Shown: positions 13,691 through 27,344 of the stretch, piece after piece
Layout of the letters: each line of letters opens with the position of its first letter
How positions within the stretch are numbered: position 1 is the stretch's first letter
NCBI GenBank assembly: GCA_012295275.1
Contig: CM022674.1
Span: 15,438,001 to 15,502,000, forward strand
Direction of reading: 5' to 3'
Origin: Chrysomallon squamiferum
Lineage: Eukaryota > Animalia > Mollusca
DNA length: 64,000 nt
The notes under the pieces: generated by a model
The model's database searches: none
What the model saw: only the letters and a program-made list of their open reading frames with translations
What the model was told of the DNA's origin: nothing
Translations under genes and position numbers: made by a program

Positions 13691-14139
13691 TAACAGATTT
13701 AATGTGCTCTTATAAAAAAATACTTAAAGATTCTTTAAAAATCTCCAGATATTTATTTCTTTTAATCACTATTCATTTTTTAGTGATACCAAACTTTTTT
13801 TCGGTGTTCAGATAAACAGCAGATCATTAAAGTACAACCAATAGCGATAACAGACCTGCCCATTCGTTATCTTTATTTACGGACACGATATCAGTATTTC
13901 AGACAGAAAAACAAATCATAACAACAACAGCAGTAATGAAAATAGCAGCAGCAAGAATAACGATAGCTACAACAGAAATAAATAAATAATTCAATGTAAA
14001 ACAACAGTATCAGTATTTTAAACTAATACGTGTATATATGTATATATCTGATATAATTGCCAGGTGCATTTTTAAAGTATCATCTCTAAATAAACACATA
14101 GATAAATAAATCGAATGAAAGCTCTACAGCCATTTCATG

Positions 14140-14288
14140 TTAGTGTGCAAGCGCAAAATGCCATGGCCGGACGTTGCGTTCCGTTTGCCATGACTTCAAA
14201 CCTAATGCACAGTTTCCGGAAGAATGCGTAGCAATAACAGAGAATCAGTGTGGCCTATAAACGAAACTAGACACGTCCAACAGCTCAG
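14140..14288 (+). other. Putative exon 1 of PARP copy B, containing a 22-codon uORF in GCCATGG context
   Basis: GC-richer conserved block ending CAGCTCAG|gtaagc, with homologues at 38886-39032, 43345-43477 and 56156-56300. A matching acceptor (ttcag at 14911-14915) precedes the large exon. Confidence 0.6.
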
Positions 14289-14651
14289 GTAAGCTGATTT
14301 TCTGGAAATGTTATTATGCTGATTGATTCTGTTAACTATGATTATAACATTAAACGTGTTATTACTCATATTTATAAACAATAAGAACGTGACACTTTTG
14401 GTATTCTGCGATGGTTAATAACTAAGATTACCATTCTATGCCTGTGGTAAATGCCCGTTTGTAAATCACGGAAGTATGTTAGATGTTCTCTATCCTTACA
14501 AATACGACTAGCAGCACAAGAGCAAATCATAAAAAATATTTAAATATTCAGTAAAAAGTTTGCTTATAAGGCCATCATCGAAATTTCAAGATAAATTTCT
14601 AACTTAGATTTCATTGGTTAATATTCATTTGTTTCTTTCTTTATTTATTTA

Positions 14652-14715
<64 letters not shown>

Positions 14716-16569
14716 TATTTTCTTTATTTATTTATTTTTTATTTTCTTTCTTTATTTATTTTTTTTAATTTTATGCATTTTTTTTTTTTTTTTTTTCTTT
14801 TTTTTTTCGTTTTTTTTTTCTTTTTTTTTTTTTTTTTTTCTAAAAATCCCACGAGGGAATCTTATTAATTTTTAAATATCGATTGTCTATTTTATGTTCA
14901 TAATTTTATTTTCAGTGGATTTAAACATGTACAAGAAAGAGGTGGAATGCTTAACAGACAGAAATTTACAAATACATCCGAAACTGACCGAAGTTTTTAT
15001 AATTCAGTGTTAAAGGTACTTTCTATAAAACGAGCCATATTTATATTTAATGATGACAATGCCACAGCTGGTGAAAATTTCAGATAAAGCACTGATTGAT
15101 TGTTAAATATTATTGTTTTATTTTGATGAATTTGATCATACGAACGTCTTGAAACAAGTGGGTGACATTACAAAGATTATTTTCCAGAACATGACAAAGT
15201 GTGTAGATATTTAGAACGAAGGACAGTGTTACAGACTACACTATTTTCGACAACATCCGATGAAGCAAGTGAAGAGGAAATCTTGAAAACATTCCAATAT
15301 ACAAACAGCAGAGAATGTCAAGCTGCTAGATGTAGAGGTAGTAGAGAAAACGATGGTTTATGTAGAGGTAGAAGAAAAATACGTGATTCTAATAAAGCAG
15401 CACAAGAAACAGATGTGGAGAAAAGAGGAACACGTGAAATGCTTAGAAGACATAATCTGACAGACAGTTTTCAGACTGACCAAAGGTTAAAACAAAGAAC
15501 AGCTTCACAGACTAATTTATTCTCGACAGCTGCTGCAGAGTCTGGCAGTGATGATCATGACGGTTCAGAAGTTTATACACCCAAAAAATCCAACAGAAGA
15601 CGGCGACATAGAAAAAATGTCAAACACCAAGAACCAGAAAAAGTGGAAACAACACAGACAAAAGAAGAAATAATATTCAGAGAAAACAAAGATGTCAGCA
15701 GTGGACGTTTAACTGGAAGAACAAAATCACAATCAAGTCTCTGTTCTTCCTCAACTACTGGAGATTTGGATAACCTTAAACATGATAATAGTGAGGACCA
15801 GGAGAAGGAAAATGAAATTATTGGCACAGTGTTGAACATTCTTCTTGAAAAATTTAATGGACGTGCAGAGATCTCGAATCTGATGAAAGAAACCAGTCTT
15901 CCTGTAGAAGCTAAACGTGTTTCATGGTTTTATAAATATAGCAAACACTTTTTGCTTTTCACAAAGGATAGCAAAATTAAATTTGTTTCTGTGTTTTCAA
16001 GATATGCCAGAATTTGTCACTATTACAATACTTCTCAGTGTAGAAAAAAACCACTGCGGGTTTCTTCACATATGTACACAGTTTGTACTAGGTCAGTGTA
16101 AACGCTCCACTGGTAAGTGTCTTTCACACAATTTTTTTGACGAGAGAAATAAGAATCGCATTGATCAGATAGGTTTGGGACTTTTAAAAAATAAGGACAT
16201 TGCCAACGTTGTGAGATGCAGCACCCCTGAATGGTGTGAAAAATATCAGAATGGTATCAAACATGATAAGTATTGTCCACTCATTCATGTCTGTAGAAAA
16301 GACGACTGCAATAAGATGTGTGGCTTAGAACATGACATCAAATCATCTGAACACAACCAGTGGGTCCTTAGAATGTTTTACATGAACCACCATAGAGTTC
16401 ATATACTTGAACAAATGCTTCTTTGCAAATTTAATGAGAATTATCAACAGAATGAAACAAGAGGTTCATATGACTGCAAACCTTCGGATGAGAGCACAAC
16501 ACCAAAGAAAGGAATCAGGGGTATAGAGAGGACCACAGTCGTATGTACAGTAAAAACAAGCCTGTCACT

Positions 16570-18440
16570 TTCACAGCAGAAACAACTTGATATGAAGGTG
16601 AACGCTGATCCACCTCGAATTTCACAACAAAAAGAACTTGATATGAAACTAAAAGCAGATACACCTCAAATTTCACCGCAGATACAATTTAATATGAAAG
16701 TGAAAGAATATCCAGTACAAGATTCACACCAGAAACAATTTGATGTGAAAGTGGAAGTAGATCCAGTACAAGATTCACTGGAGAAACAAGTTAATGTAAA
16801 AGTGGAAGCAGATCCAGGTCAGGTTTCACACCAAAAACAACAGGATATAAAAGTAAAAGCAGATCCAGTACAAATTTCACACCAAAAAACAAGGTAATGT
16901 AAAATTGGAAGCAGACCCAGTGCAGATTTCGCAGCAGAAACAACAAGATGTAAAAGTAAAAGCAGATGCAGTAGAAGCTTCACAGCAGAAACAACTTGAT
17001 GTGAAAGTAAAAGCAGACCCAGTACAGATTTCGCAGCAGAGACAAATTGATGTGAAAGTGGAAGTAGATCCAGTAGAAATTTCACAGCACAAACGACTTG
17101 ATGTCAAAATCAAAGCAGACCCAGTACAGATTTCGCAGCAGAGACAAATTGATGTCAAAGTGGAAGCAGATCCAGTACAGGTTTCACAGCAGGAACAACA
17201 CGATGTAAAAGACAAAGCAGATCCAGTACAAGTTTCACAGCAGAAACAATTTACTGTGAAAGTAAAAGCAGATCCAGTACAAGTTTTGCAGTAGAAACAA
17301 CTAGATGCGAAAGCTGAGGCAGATCCAGTACAGGAGTTGAACCAGAAACAACTTAACGTGATTGTGAAAGCAGATCTAATACAAGTTTCACAGCACAAAC
17401 AACTTAATGTAAAAATGGAAGCAGATCCAGTACAGATTTCGCAGCAGAAACAACTTGATGTCAAAGTAAAAGCAGATCCAGTACAAGATTCACAGCAGAA
17501 ACAACTTGATGTGAAAATGGAAGCAGATCCACTACAAGTTTCAAAGAAGAAACAATTTGAAATGAATGTGAAATCAGATCCACCTCAAATTTCACAGAAC
17601 AAACAACTTGATGTAAAAATCAAAGCAGACCCAGTACAGATTTCGCAGCAGAGACAAATTGATGTGAAAGTGAAACCAGATCGAGCACAGGTTTCACAGC
17701 AGAAACAACAAGATGTAAAAGTAAAAGCAGATCCAGTACAAGATTCACAGCACAGAGAACTTAATGCGAAAGTAAAAGCAGATCCAGTACAGGTTATACA
17801 GCAGAAACAACTTGATGTCAAAGTAAAAGCAGATCCAGAACAAGTTTCACAGCAGAAACAACTTGATGGGAAAGCGAAAGTATACCTAGTACAAGCTTCA
17901 CAGCAGACACAAATTAATGTGAAAGTGAAAGCAGATCCAGTACAGGTTTCGCACCACAAACAATTTGATGTGAAAATGAAAGTAGATCCAATACAAGTTT
18001 CACAGCAGAAACGACTTGATGTGAAAGTCAAACCTGATCCAGCAAAACGATCACAACAGAAACAGGTTGATGTCAAACTGAATCCAGATACACCTCAAAT
18101 TTCAAAGCAGAAACAATTTGCCGTGAAAATTAAAACGGATCCAATACAATTTTTACAGCAGAAATCACTTGATGTAAAAGTGAAAGCGGATCCACCTCAA
18201 ACTATAAAACAGAAACAACTTGAGCTGAAAGCGAAAGTAGATCCAGATATAACTCAAATTTCACAGCAGAAACAACATGATATCAAAGTAAAAACAGACC
18301 CAGTACAAGCTTCACAGAATAAACAATTTGATGTACAAGTGAAAGGAGACCCACCTCAACTGTCACAGCAGAAACACCTTGATGTCAAAATGAAAGCAGA
18401 TCTGGTACAAGTTTCACACCAGCAACAACTTGATGTGAAT
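16570..18440 (+). repeat. Coding 51-bp (17-aa, KADPVQISQQKQLDVKV) tandem repeat, ~36 copies
   Basis: GCAGATCCAGTACA..TTCACAGCAGAAACAACTTGATGT recurs at 51-bp spacing. Only 3-4 units in copies D (45750-45935) and E (58780-58965). Confidence 0.93.
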
Positions 18441-20041
18441 GACAGCCTTGAAATAATGAATTACAACAATGAAATAGAAGGTCTGCTTTGTGAGAAATGT
18501 GTATGGAGTCAGTGTGTAATACATTCAAATACATATAAACAAAGATATTTACCTTACCAGTGGCAGGTGATGATTTGTGAGAAATGGGTGAACTTTGACA
18601 TAGTGGAGAATGAGATGATCGAGCAGTGTTTTTGTAGTCTGAAGTCAGATACAGGAAATATAGAAGTGAGTTAAAAACAACCAGAAGCGATAATTTGAAT
18701 TTTATTTATGTGTAATAAAGTATAAGTTTTAATAACAGTCACATATCTGAATCTTACTTTGCTGCGGTTTTGTTTCAGAGTACATCCTTGAGAAGTTATT
18801 GGCCACTGGATCAGTCCTCGTTGGGTCCTATTCTGACCAGTGCGACAATCTCTTCTCGTGATGAAAATGTACGTATCAAAAATCCTTTGAAAAATAATAG
18901 TTGATTAAGCTATCTGAGATTTGAACTCTTGTTTTATTAATATTCGTCTACTACTTTTAATACTTACTACTGCACAACAATATATAAGAATGTTATGAAT
19001 GTTAATCCTACTAACACACACACACAGACACACACTTAGTAAATTATTAGTAGGGGTACAAAAAGTAATAGTACAGTTATATGTACACTTTTTTCAGTGT
19101 TCAGTGGCCAGTAAGTTCGTTCCAATTCTTGTTGATTTTGTCTTAATGACCGCATCCATTTCCTTGCAACCGAGAAACCTCGAGGTCAAAGTTCAGCGTC
19201 TTTCGACACCATCGTATGTCACTGGACAAGAAGACAACTTCACTCAGCTGACACAGTGGTGTTGGTATTTTGATGCAGACTTCGGAAATTGGCTGCCTTA
19301 TGAACCAGTGAATGTTCACTTTATTTCATTGTAGAACTATTTTATATTTTTTATTTTTATATTTACAACTGCTCCAAATAAAGAATCAAAAAGAAAAACA
19401 AAACTCCTTAAAATTTTATGTATGAAAGATATGTGATATTTAAAGAATTTGTTTTATGTGGGCGAAATCAAACTTTATAAAACATAGTTTTAAAAAAGGA
19501 AATAAAAATGTTCATGATAATGTCTAGAACATTGTGTTTCTTATATATTATTAGTGATCAAATAAAAAGGATCTGTTGTATCCATTGTATACATACATAT
19601 CATACATATCACATCACATCACGTAACCTGACATTACATAACACATAACATACTCTAATAGTATTTAAAAAAATAACATTTGGTGTTTATTATAGGAAAA
19701 TCTGCAGTATACTCTTGAACTGAAGTATTTGGCTGGGCAACCATTTTATAACTTCGAAACAGACCAGTTTCAGTATGAAATCAGTTTTAGCGAGATGACC
19801 CAAACAAATCTGAAAACATTAAAACAAAGACGACTTCTGAGGAGACCTGCATTTATTTCCATTGATGATGTACAGAGACCAAAAATATTGTAAGTAGAAA
19901 AATAGTGTATAAGAACAATAATTTTGGATTATATCCTGATTTTAGATTCTTTCTAAAATATTTTATATCGTTATGCCATATCTCATTATCCTAGTTCATT
20001 ATTTCTACAAAACTTTATTTTTGCTTTCCGTATCATTTTTA

Positions 20042-20143
<102 letters not shown>

Positions 20144-20889
20144 TTTATTCATATATTTATTTTTTATTATTTAACAAAATCCAGATCCCACCCATGTCTT
20201 TTGTCCAAGAAGCCTGCATGTTCTGCAACTCTCCCAGACAACTGGTGGCCTCTAGACTGTTACCAGCCAGTATAATTGGTCAAATTAGACTTTGATTGCT
20301 TGATGAAAGATGAGGAGATGAAAACCGTGATGAAGTTATTTTTTTCTACCATGAACAAATCGGAAGTAATATTGAAATATTTATTTCGCATCCAAAATCT
20401 ACCACTGTGGAAAAAATACTGCAGGTAGGAATGCCTATTTTATGATACTGTGTACATTTAGGTAATACAAAAAAAAAAAAAAAAACCCACCCTAACTATA
20501 TTCTGCAAACTTCAAGATATTTTTTTTTTATTATTATTTATTTATTGTTATTATGGGTATTGTTGATCTTATTATTAGTAGTAGTAATGTTTTGTCATCT
20601 AGTCGTAATTAATAAGAAAATATAGCATGAAAAAGACTAAAGTTGCATTTTTTCATAAATTTTTATTCTAAGTTTTTGTATAGAAGCATTGCCAGAAACA
20701 AATAAAATAAAATGCAGCTATCACTTCTTCATGTATGCTACGATGTCACACCTGTTATGGAAAATGATATCATCTTATTGTAATACTTTTTCATTAACAA
20801 AATATAGATTGATACAATTTGGAATAATACAAATTTATTTGAGTTCATTTGTTCCGCATTAGATACAAGTATTCAACATGTATGTTCCC

Positions 20890-21140
20890 ATTAAATAAAT
20901 AATCAATGATAGATAGTTATTCAGTATATAGTTACTAAGTAAATAATCAGTGACAGATATTTCACCGGCATATACTCATTAAATAGATAATCAATGATCG
21001 ATATCTAAACAGTATGTTCTCGTTAAATAAGTAATCAGTGATAGATATTTAACCAGTATGTTCTGGTTAAATAGATAATCAGGGATAGGTATTTAATCCG
21101 CATTTACTCATTAAATAAATAATCGAGAGTTAGTATATTT
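20890..21140. repeat. Degenerate ~44-bp intronic minisatellite, ~6 copies
   Basis: TTAAATA(A/G)ATAATCA.TGATAGATA recurs about every 44 bp. Confidence 0.7.
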
Positions 21141-22169
21141 TAACACTAATTTAATTAATATTTTCTAGAACTAATTAAATAAATGATTGATTTACAATTG
21201 CAAACATTAGATATTTCGTTTGCTTCAGTAGTTTTGGAAACAACAAGATAGCAATAGAAGATTTATCAATTCGTAAAAAAAAGAAAGAAAAACAAATCTT
21301 TATAAATTGGTATCCAAATATTGATGATAGAAAATTTATCAGTAGTTTTGTGAAATAAATATTTACCATCCATTGATTGCGGAATGAAACTTAATCACTA
21401 TACTTGAACAGCGATATGCAAAAAATATGTTTGACCACTAGTATCGTAGAAAAGCAATCAAATACTGTAGTTCAGTTACTATAAAATAAATTGTAACGAA
21501 AACAAAACATTAAATCTAGCTGAGCAGTAAGCAGTAATATTTCTTAATTATTACGAATCTTAAGAGGCTAAAATTTAAGATTTTTTTTGTTGTTTTTTTG
21601 CAGCATGAGAAAAGTAATGTTGATGAACAGGGATGAAGAAGGAGATATTAATGAAAGATTTCTCTTTCATGGAACTAGTGGTGACATCAATGTCATACGT
21701 GAAACAACATCGACTTCAGACTGAACGGCAAACGTGGAACAAAGTACGGAAAGGGAGCTTATTTTGCCCGTGATGCCAAATACAGCCACTGGTACACCTC
21801 AGGCTCGCTTTGTTTCACGTTCATTTCAAAGGTTCTTGTAGGCCAGTATGCAAAAGGTGAAAGTTCCTATTGCCGGCCTCCTTCTAGGAAAGGACATGTT
21901 CTTTATGATTCCTGTGTCAACGATGTACACAATCCATCAGTTTTTGTAATCTTTGACACTTCACAGATTTACCCAATGTTTCTACTTGGATATTCTGTGA
22001 AGACAAGACCAGAATTTTCTTCATCAAGCTCCTCAGTACCGTCTTTTCAGGCCTCTATTCCGATCAGAAGTGCTCAAGTACCCAATTTGTATTGGAATCA
22101 ATTCCTCCCTCCATTCCTGTATCCACCGTTCCCTCCACCAGTTCTACTTTCCCTCCACCACAGTTCCTT

Positions 22170-22635
22170 TTCACCACTCTTTCACAGTTCTACTTCAACA
22201 GCAAATCCTTCCAACATTCCACCACTCTTTCACAGTTCTACTTCAACAGCAAATCCTTCCAACATTCCACCACTCTTTCACAGTTCTACTTCTACAGCAA
22301 ATCCTTCCAACATTCCACCAATATTTCACAGTTCTACTTCTACAGCAAATCCTTCCAACATTCCACCAATATTTCACAGTTCTACTTCTACAGCAAATCC
22401 TTCCAACATTCCACCACTCTTTCACAGTTCTACTTCTACAGCAAATCCTTCCAACATTCCACCAATATTTCACAGTTCTACTTCAACAGCAAATCCTTCC
22501 AACATTCCACCACTCTTTCACAGTTCTACTTCTACAGCAAATCCTTCCAACACTTTACCACTCTTTCACAGTTCTGCTTCTACAGCAGATGCTTCCAACA
22601 TTCCACCAATATTTCACAGTTCTACTTCTACAGTA
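22170..22635 (+). repeat. Coding 48-bp (16-aa, FHSSTSTANPSNIPPL/I) C-terminal repeat of copy B, ~10 copies
   Basis: TTCACAGTTCTACTTC.ACAGCAAATCCTTCCAACATTCCACCA at 48-bp spacing. Confidence 0.93.
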
Positions 22636-22929
22636 AATAATTCACCAAGTTCAACTTCTACTATATACAGCTAACACATCAAACTGATGTGTGCTTCAAA
22701 TGCCTTTATATCTATCAATATTTATTACTGTAAAAATGCATATTTAGCATATGTTTTATTAAAGATAAAGATAATATTAATATGAATTTTAATGATAACA
22801 AGTGGACAATGTGTAGGTAGTGGTTCCAGTTCACTGCTTTGCCTGTATATCTATAATATAGACAAGAATACCTTGTTGTCTGGATGGTTATTTTGTTTGT
22901 TGTGTTGGGAAATGTTCGTATATACACAA

Positions 22930-23260
22930 AGCATTATACTGCAGGGGTTGGGTGACAGCAGGATACACAAATGTTTGCATTACAAGACTGTATGGGTCAG
23001 TAGGATACACACATGTTTGCATTACAAGACTGTATGGGTCAGTAGGATACACAAATGTTTGCATTACAAGACTGTATGGGTCAGTAGGATACACACGTTT
23101 GCATTACAAGACTATATGTGTCAGTAGGTCACACACAAAATTACATTAAACAGGCGAGGAGTCAGAAGGATACACAAATAATTATATTACACTGGTATAT
23201 GGTCAATAGTGTACACAAAGAATAACATTACACATGTTATCAGTAAGTAGTATATACATA
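22930..23260. repeat. ~42-bp minisatellite in the PARP 3' flank (degenerate homologue at ~49640-50090)
   Basis: GCATTACAAGACTGTATGGGTCAGTAGGATACACA recurs at ~22977, 23018, 23060 and 23100. Confidence 0.85.
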
Positions 23261-23399
23261 ACAATATGCGTAGATATTCAGAACGAAGGTCAGTGTTACA
23301 GGCTTCATCCTATTCTACAACTTCCAAAGAAACATATGAAGATGAAGCCTTGGAAAGATTTCAAAATACGAATAGCAGGAAAAGACAAAGTGTAAGACA

Positions 23400-24210
23400 T
23401 AGCGGTAGAGGAGAATGGGATGGTTTTAATAGAGGTAGAGGAGAATGGGATGGTTTTAATAGAGGTAGAGGAGAATGGGATGGTTTTAATAGAGGTAGAG
23501 GAGAATGGGATGGTTTTAATAGAGGTAGACGTAAAAGGTGTGCTTTTGACAGAGGTAGAAAACAAAGACGTGGCTTTCGTAGAGGAGAAGGGCATGGTTT
23601 TGATAGAGGTAGAGTAGAATGGGATGGTTTTAATAGAGGTAGAGGTAAAAGGTGTGTTTTTGACAGAGGTAGAGGACAAAGGGCTGATTTTAATAGAGGT
23701 AGAGGAGAAAGGGGTGGTTTTTATAGAGGTAGAAAACAAATACGTTGCTTTCGTAGAGGAGAAAGGGGAGGATTTGGAAGGGGTAGAGGAGAATGGGATG
23801 GTTTTGATGAAGACAAAGGAAAATGGTATGGTTAAGATGGACGTAGAGGAGAATGGGATGGTTTAGATTGAGGTAGAGGAGAATGGGATGGTTCTGATAG
23901 AAGTAGAAGAGAATGGGATGGTTTTGACAGAGGTAGAGGAAAAAGAGGTGGCTTTTATAGAGGCAGAGGAGAAAGGGATGATACTGGTACAGGTAGATGA
24001 GAACGGGATGGTTTAGATGAAGATAGAGGAGAATGGGATGGTTTCTATGGATCTAGAGGAGAAAGGGATGGTTTTGGTAGAGGTAGAGGGGAATGGGGTT
24101 ATTTTGGTAGAGGTACAGGTGAATGGCATGGATATGGTAGAGGTAGGGGAAAAAGGAGTGGTTTTGAAAGACGTGAAAGGGATGGTTTTGGTAGAGGAGA
24201 AAGGAGTGTT
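23400..24210 (+). repeat. Coding 30-bp (10-aa, RGRGEWDGFN) RGG/RG-type repeat
   Basis: AGAGGTAGAGGAGAATGGGATGGTTTT(A/G)AT at 30-bp spacing, roughly 27 units. Confidence 0.92.
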
Positions 24211-26657
24211 TCTAATAAACATTCACAAGAAACAGACTGGCACAGAAGAAGACGACATGAAATGACCAGCAGCGATAATCCTACACACAGTTTTCAGTCT
24301 GACCAATGGTTAAAAGAAAGAACAGATTCACAGACTAGTCTATGGTATTCAGCTTCTGGAGAGTATGGCAGTGATGATTCCTCAAGGACTGCTTATTCGG
24401 ATTCTACTGAAAATGATGATAGTGAGGACCAGGAGGAGGAAAATTAAAATGATTTACATACTGTGGAAGATTATTCTTAACAAGTTTAATGGACGTACAG
24501 AGTTCTCGAAACTGATGAAGGTAAACAGTCTTCCTGTAGAAGCTAAAAATGTTTCATGGTTTTATGAACATGAAGAAGACCTTTTGCTTTTCACAGAGAA
24601 CAGGAAAATTAAAATAGTTTCTGTGTTTTCAGATTATGCCAGAATTTGTCACTATTACAATACTTCTCAGTGTAGAAGAAAAGACTGCGCTTTCTTCACA
24701 TATGTACACAGTTTGTACTACGTCAGTGTAAACGCTCTTCTCGTCAGTGTCTTTCACATAATTATTTTGACAAGAAAAATAAGAATAGCATTGAGGAGAT
24801 AGGTTTGGGATATTTGGAAAATAAGATCATTGCAAAGGTTGTCAGATGCAGCACCCCTGAATGGTGTGAAGAATATCAGAATGGTATCAAACATGATCAA
24901 CACTGTCCACTATTTCATATCTGTAGTAAAATATGTGGCTTAGAACATGACATCAAGTCATCTGAACACAACCAGTGGGTGCTTAAAATGTTTAATTTAT
25001 GTGATTTCCCTGAATCTGTTCTCACCAACATGCTTCTGTCCAGAGAACTGAATTACAAGCATGAAAAGGAAAATAAAAAGAAAATGACGGATGCTGTTGA
25101 AAGTTCAGAAAAGAAAGGTGAAACTCATGCTGAAGAACTCTGTGATCAAGTTCAGCAACAAATGCTAAACAATGAGAAACAATCTGCTGAGGCTAAAGTC
25201 ATAGATCGTCCAGTTCCTAAACCCCGCATAAAGTCTCTGCCTTCCGTTGCCGTCGCTTCTGGTGGAATATCTCGTGAATCACACTATAATGATGTTGAGG
25301 AGGTTTATTTTGCAATATCCCAGTTATCACATGACAGTAATGTGGAAGAAGAGTCCGTTGAAAATTCCCAGCGATCAAATGACAGTGACGAAGAAGCAGG
25401 TCCTAAGTGCAGTGATCTCTGTGAGAAATACATCTGGAGTCAATATTCCAAAACTTCACACTGCCATGGACCTAATCGTTTACCATACCTCTGGCTGATA
25501 AAGATGCAAGGACGGTGGATTTCCTTTGATGAAATGGAAAATGAAAAGATAGAAAGATCATTTTGTGACCGCGATAGAAAAATAAGTGATGTTAAGGTCA
25601 GTAATCTACTTATATCTAAATACTATAGTCTATACTATTGTTACACTATATTTGTGTTTCATTAGTACAAATTAAGCTGGATGTCGACAAAACACATTTG
25701 GAGTAAATTTTCTTTTTTAATAAAAGAAAAATAACTGATGTATTGATTCTGAGATCTTCTGTTTAAACAGTTATTTAGCTATTCTTTTTATCAATTATCA
25801 CTTTTGATATCGCCTAAATAATATCTTTTCCTGTATTATTAAGTGATTTCTGTAAAAGGGTGAACATTCATTTGCTAAACTGCCTTGAAAACTTGAGTAC
25901 TTATAATATTTTTTATTTTTTATTATTCTTTAGAAGAGAAAGTAATATTTTTACTCTTACTGTAAAAGAGTGATTTAGCCTTTGTTAATAAACATGGTGA
26001 TTACATAACCAATGTTTTTCAGTGTAAAAATAATCAGAATATTTTGTTTTTAATCTGTACAATCAGCCAATTTGCTTTTTTCAATTACAGAAACTATTTT
26101 TCCTTTTAAGTAGCAATGTTGGAAACTACACAGGGATAATTAATTATTTTATTTGTATTTCTAACAAGAACTTTATTTCAAATATGAATACAGTGTCAAG
26201 AATAAGACATCAAGAATAAGATATGTGTTGTGTAAACCAAGAAATAATGATATTCCAGGTTCTTGATTATCTATAACAATGAAAGTAACTACAAAATAAT
26301 TAAACTATATGCAGTTTGTTTCTAATAAAGATACTGTATTCATATTAGCAAAATATAACAATGTTGATATCTTTAAGTTTGCCAGATTTGATCAAGGTTT
26401 ACCCCAAAACAAACCAAATACTTTGAAAGCTGTTTTCAGCATTTTACGGTTTCTACCTCTGATGAATTTGTCATTCCCATTACAGTTGATGGATCTTCTA
26501 TGATGACATATAATATAAAAATTTAATGCTGCTTAATCAAGTGTTACTAATGTGTCATTTTTTGTTTTTTTTTAAATTGCTGACAAGCAACATTTTGTCA
26601 GAATATTTCTTTATTTAACTTTTTTTTTTCTATATTCGGTTTATTAGATTTTTTCTT

Positions 26658-26690
<33 letters not shown>

Positions 26691-27344
26691 CTTCCCCTTG
26701 TTTTTATGTATTTAGCTTTTTATAGGCCTTCTTTTTGTATATTTGGTTATTGTGATTCATGTTATTTATATATTTCTCTTTTTGAAAGCTATCTGAGGTC
26801 TCTATGGCATTAATCACATATGAGATAATGACTGCTACAATGTACTTCAAACACACAGATGAAGAAACATTTGGAGAATCCACAGAAGTTCAGCGACTAT
26901 CAACTCCTTCCTATGTCACTGGAACTGGCGAGAATATGGCTGAATTAACACAGTGGTGTTGGTATTTCCAAGATGATAGAAGAAATTGGTTACCATATGA
27001 ACCAGTAAGTAATGAAATAGTATGGTCAATGCACAGTTCAAAACCACATTATGTGTTTTAGAGTTTGAAGAAAAAATAAGACCTGCCCAGACTAAATCCC
27101 AGATGGACATTTGTTTTTATTTATCAAATGGCTTTACTTTTGTTTTTGTTATTCTGTTTATTTTCATTCAAACCTAGGTTTTCTGTAAGAAAAGCCCCCA
27201 GGCTTTTGTTTACTGTGACATAATTATGAAGTTATTTGCTTTTAATTAATAAATATATTTATTATTTTGTAGTGCTGTTTGAAAATACAATAAGCAAGAA
27301 TCTTTTCTTAGCAGAAGACAAAATTGTGCTGTTAACAATACACT

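Larger units (their letters stand above)
8248..14591. repeat. Segmental duplication copy 1 (direct repeat of 34246-39334)
   Basis: Both copies start with AAATACTCTAGAGATAATTTTAAAGCAGTC and end with CATCATCGAAATTTCAAGA. They are near-identical apart from indels. Confidence 0.95.

Noticed and set aside
16877-18076. Cys-rich minus-strand ORFs resembling metallothionein (CCEICTGS repeats)
   Set aside because: They are the antisense reading of the 51-bp coding repeat (CAG/CAA codons read as Cys), with no independent gene signals.
22070-22640. Overlapping ORFs in all three frames of the 48-bp repeat
   Set aside because: Expected for a stop-free repeat whose unit length is a multiple of three. Only the frame continuing the ART domain is supported.
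23305-24265. Alternative-frame and antisense ORFs (MVLIEVEENG, STSIKTIPFS)
   Set aside because: By-products of the 30-bp repeat. The RG frame is the one continuous with the paralog-homologous N-terminus.
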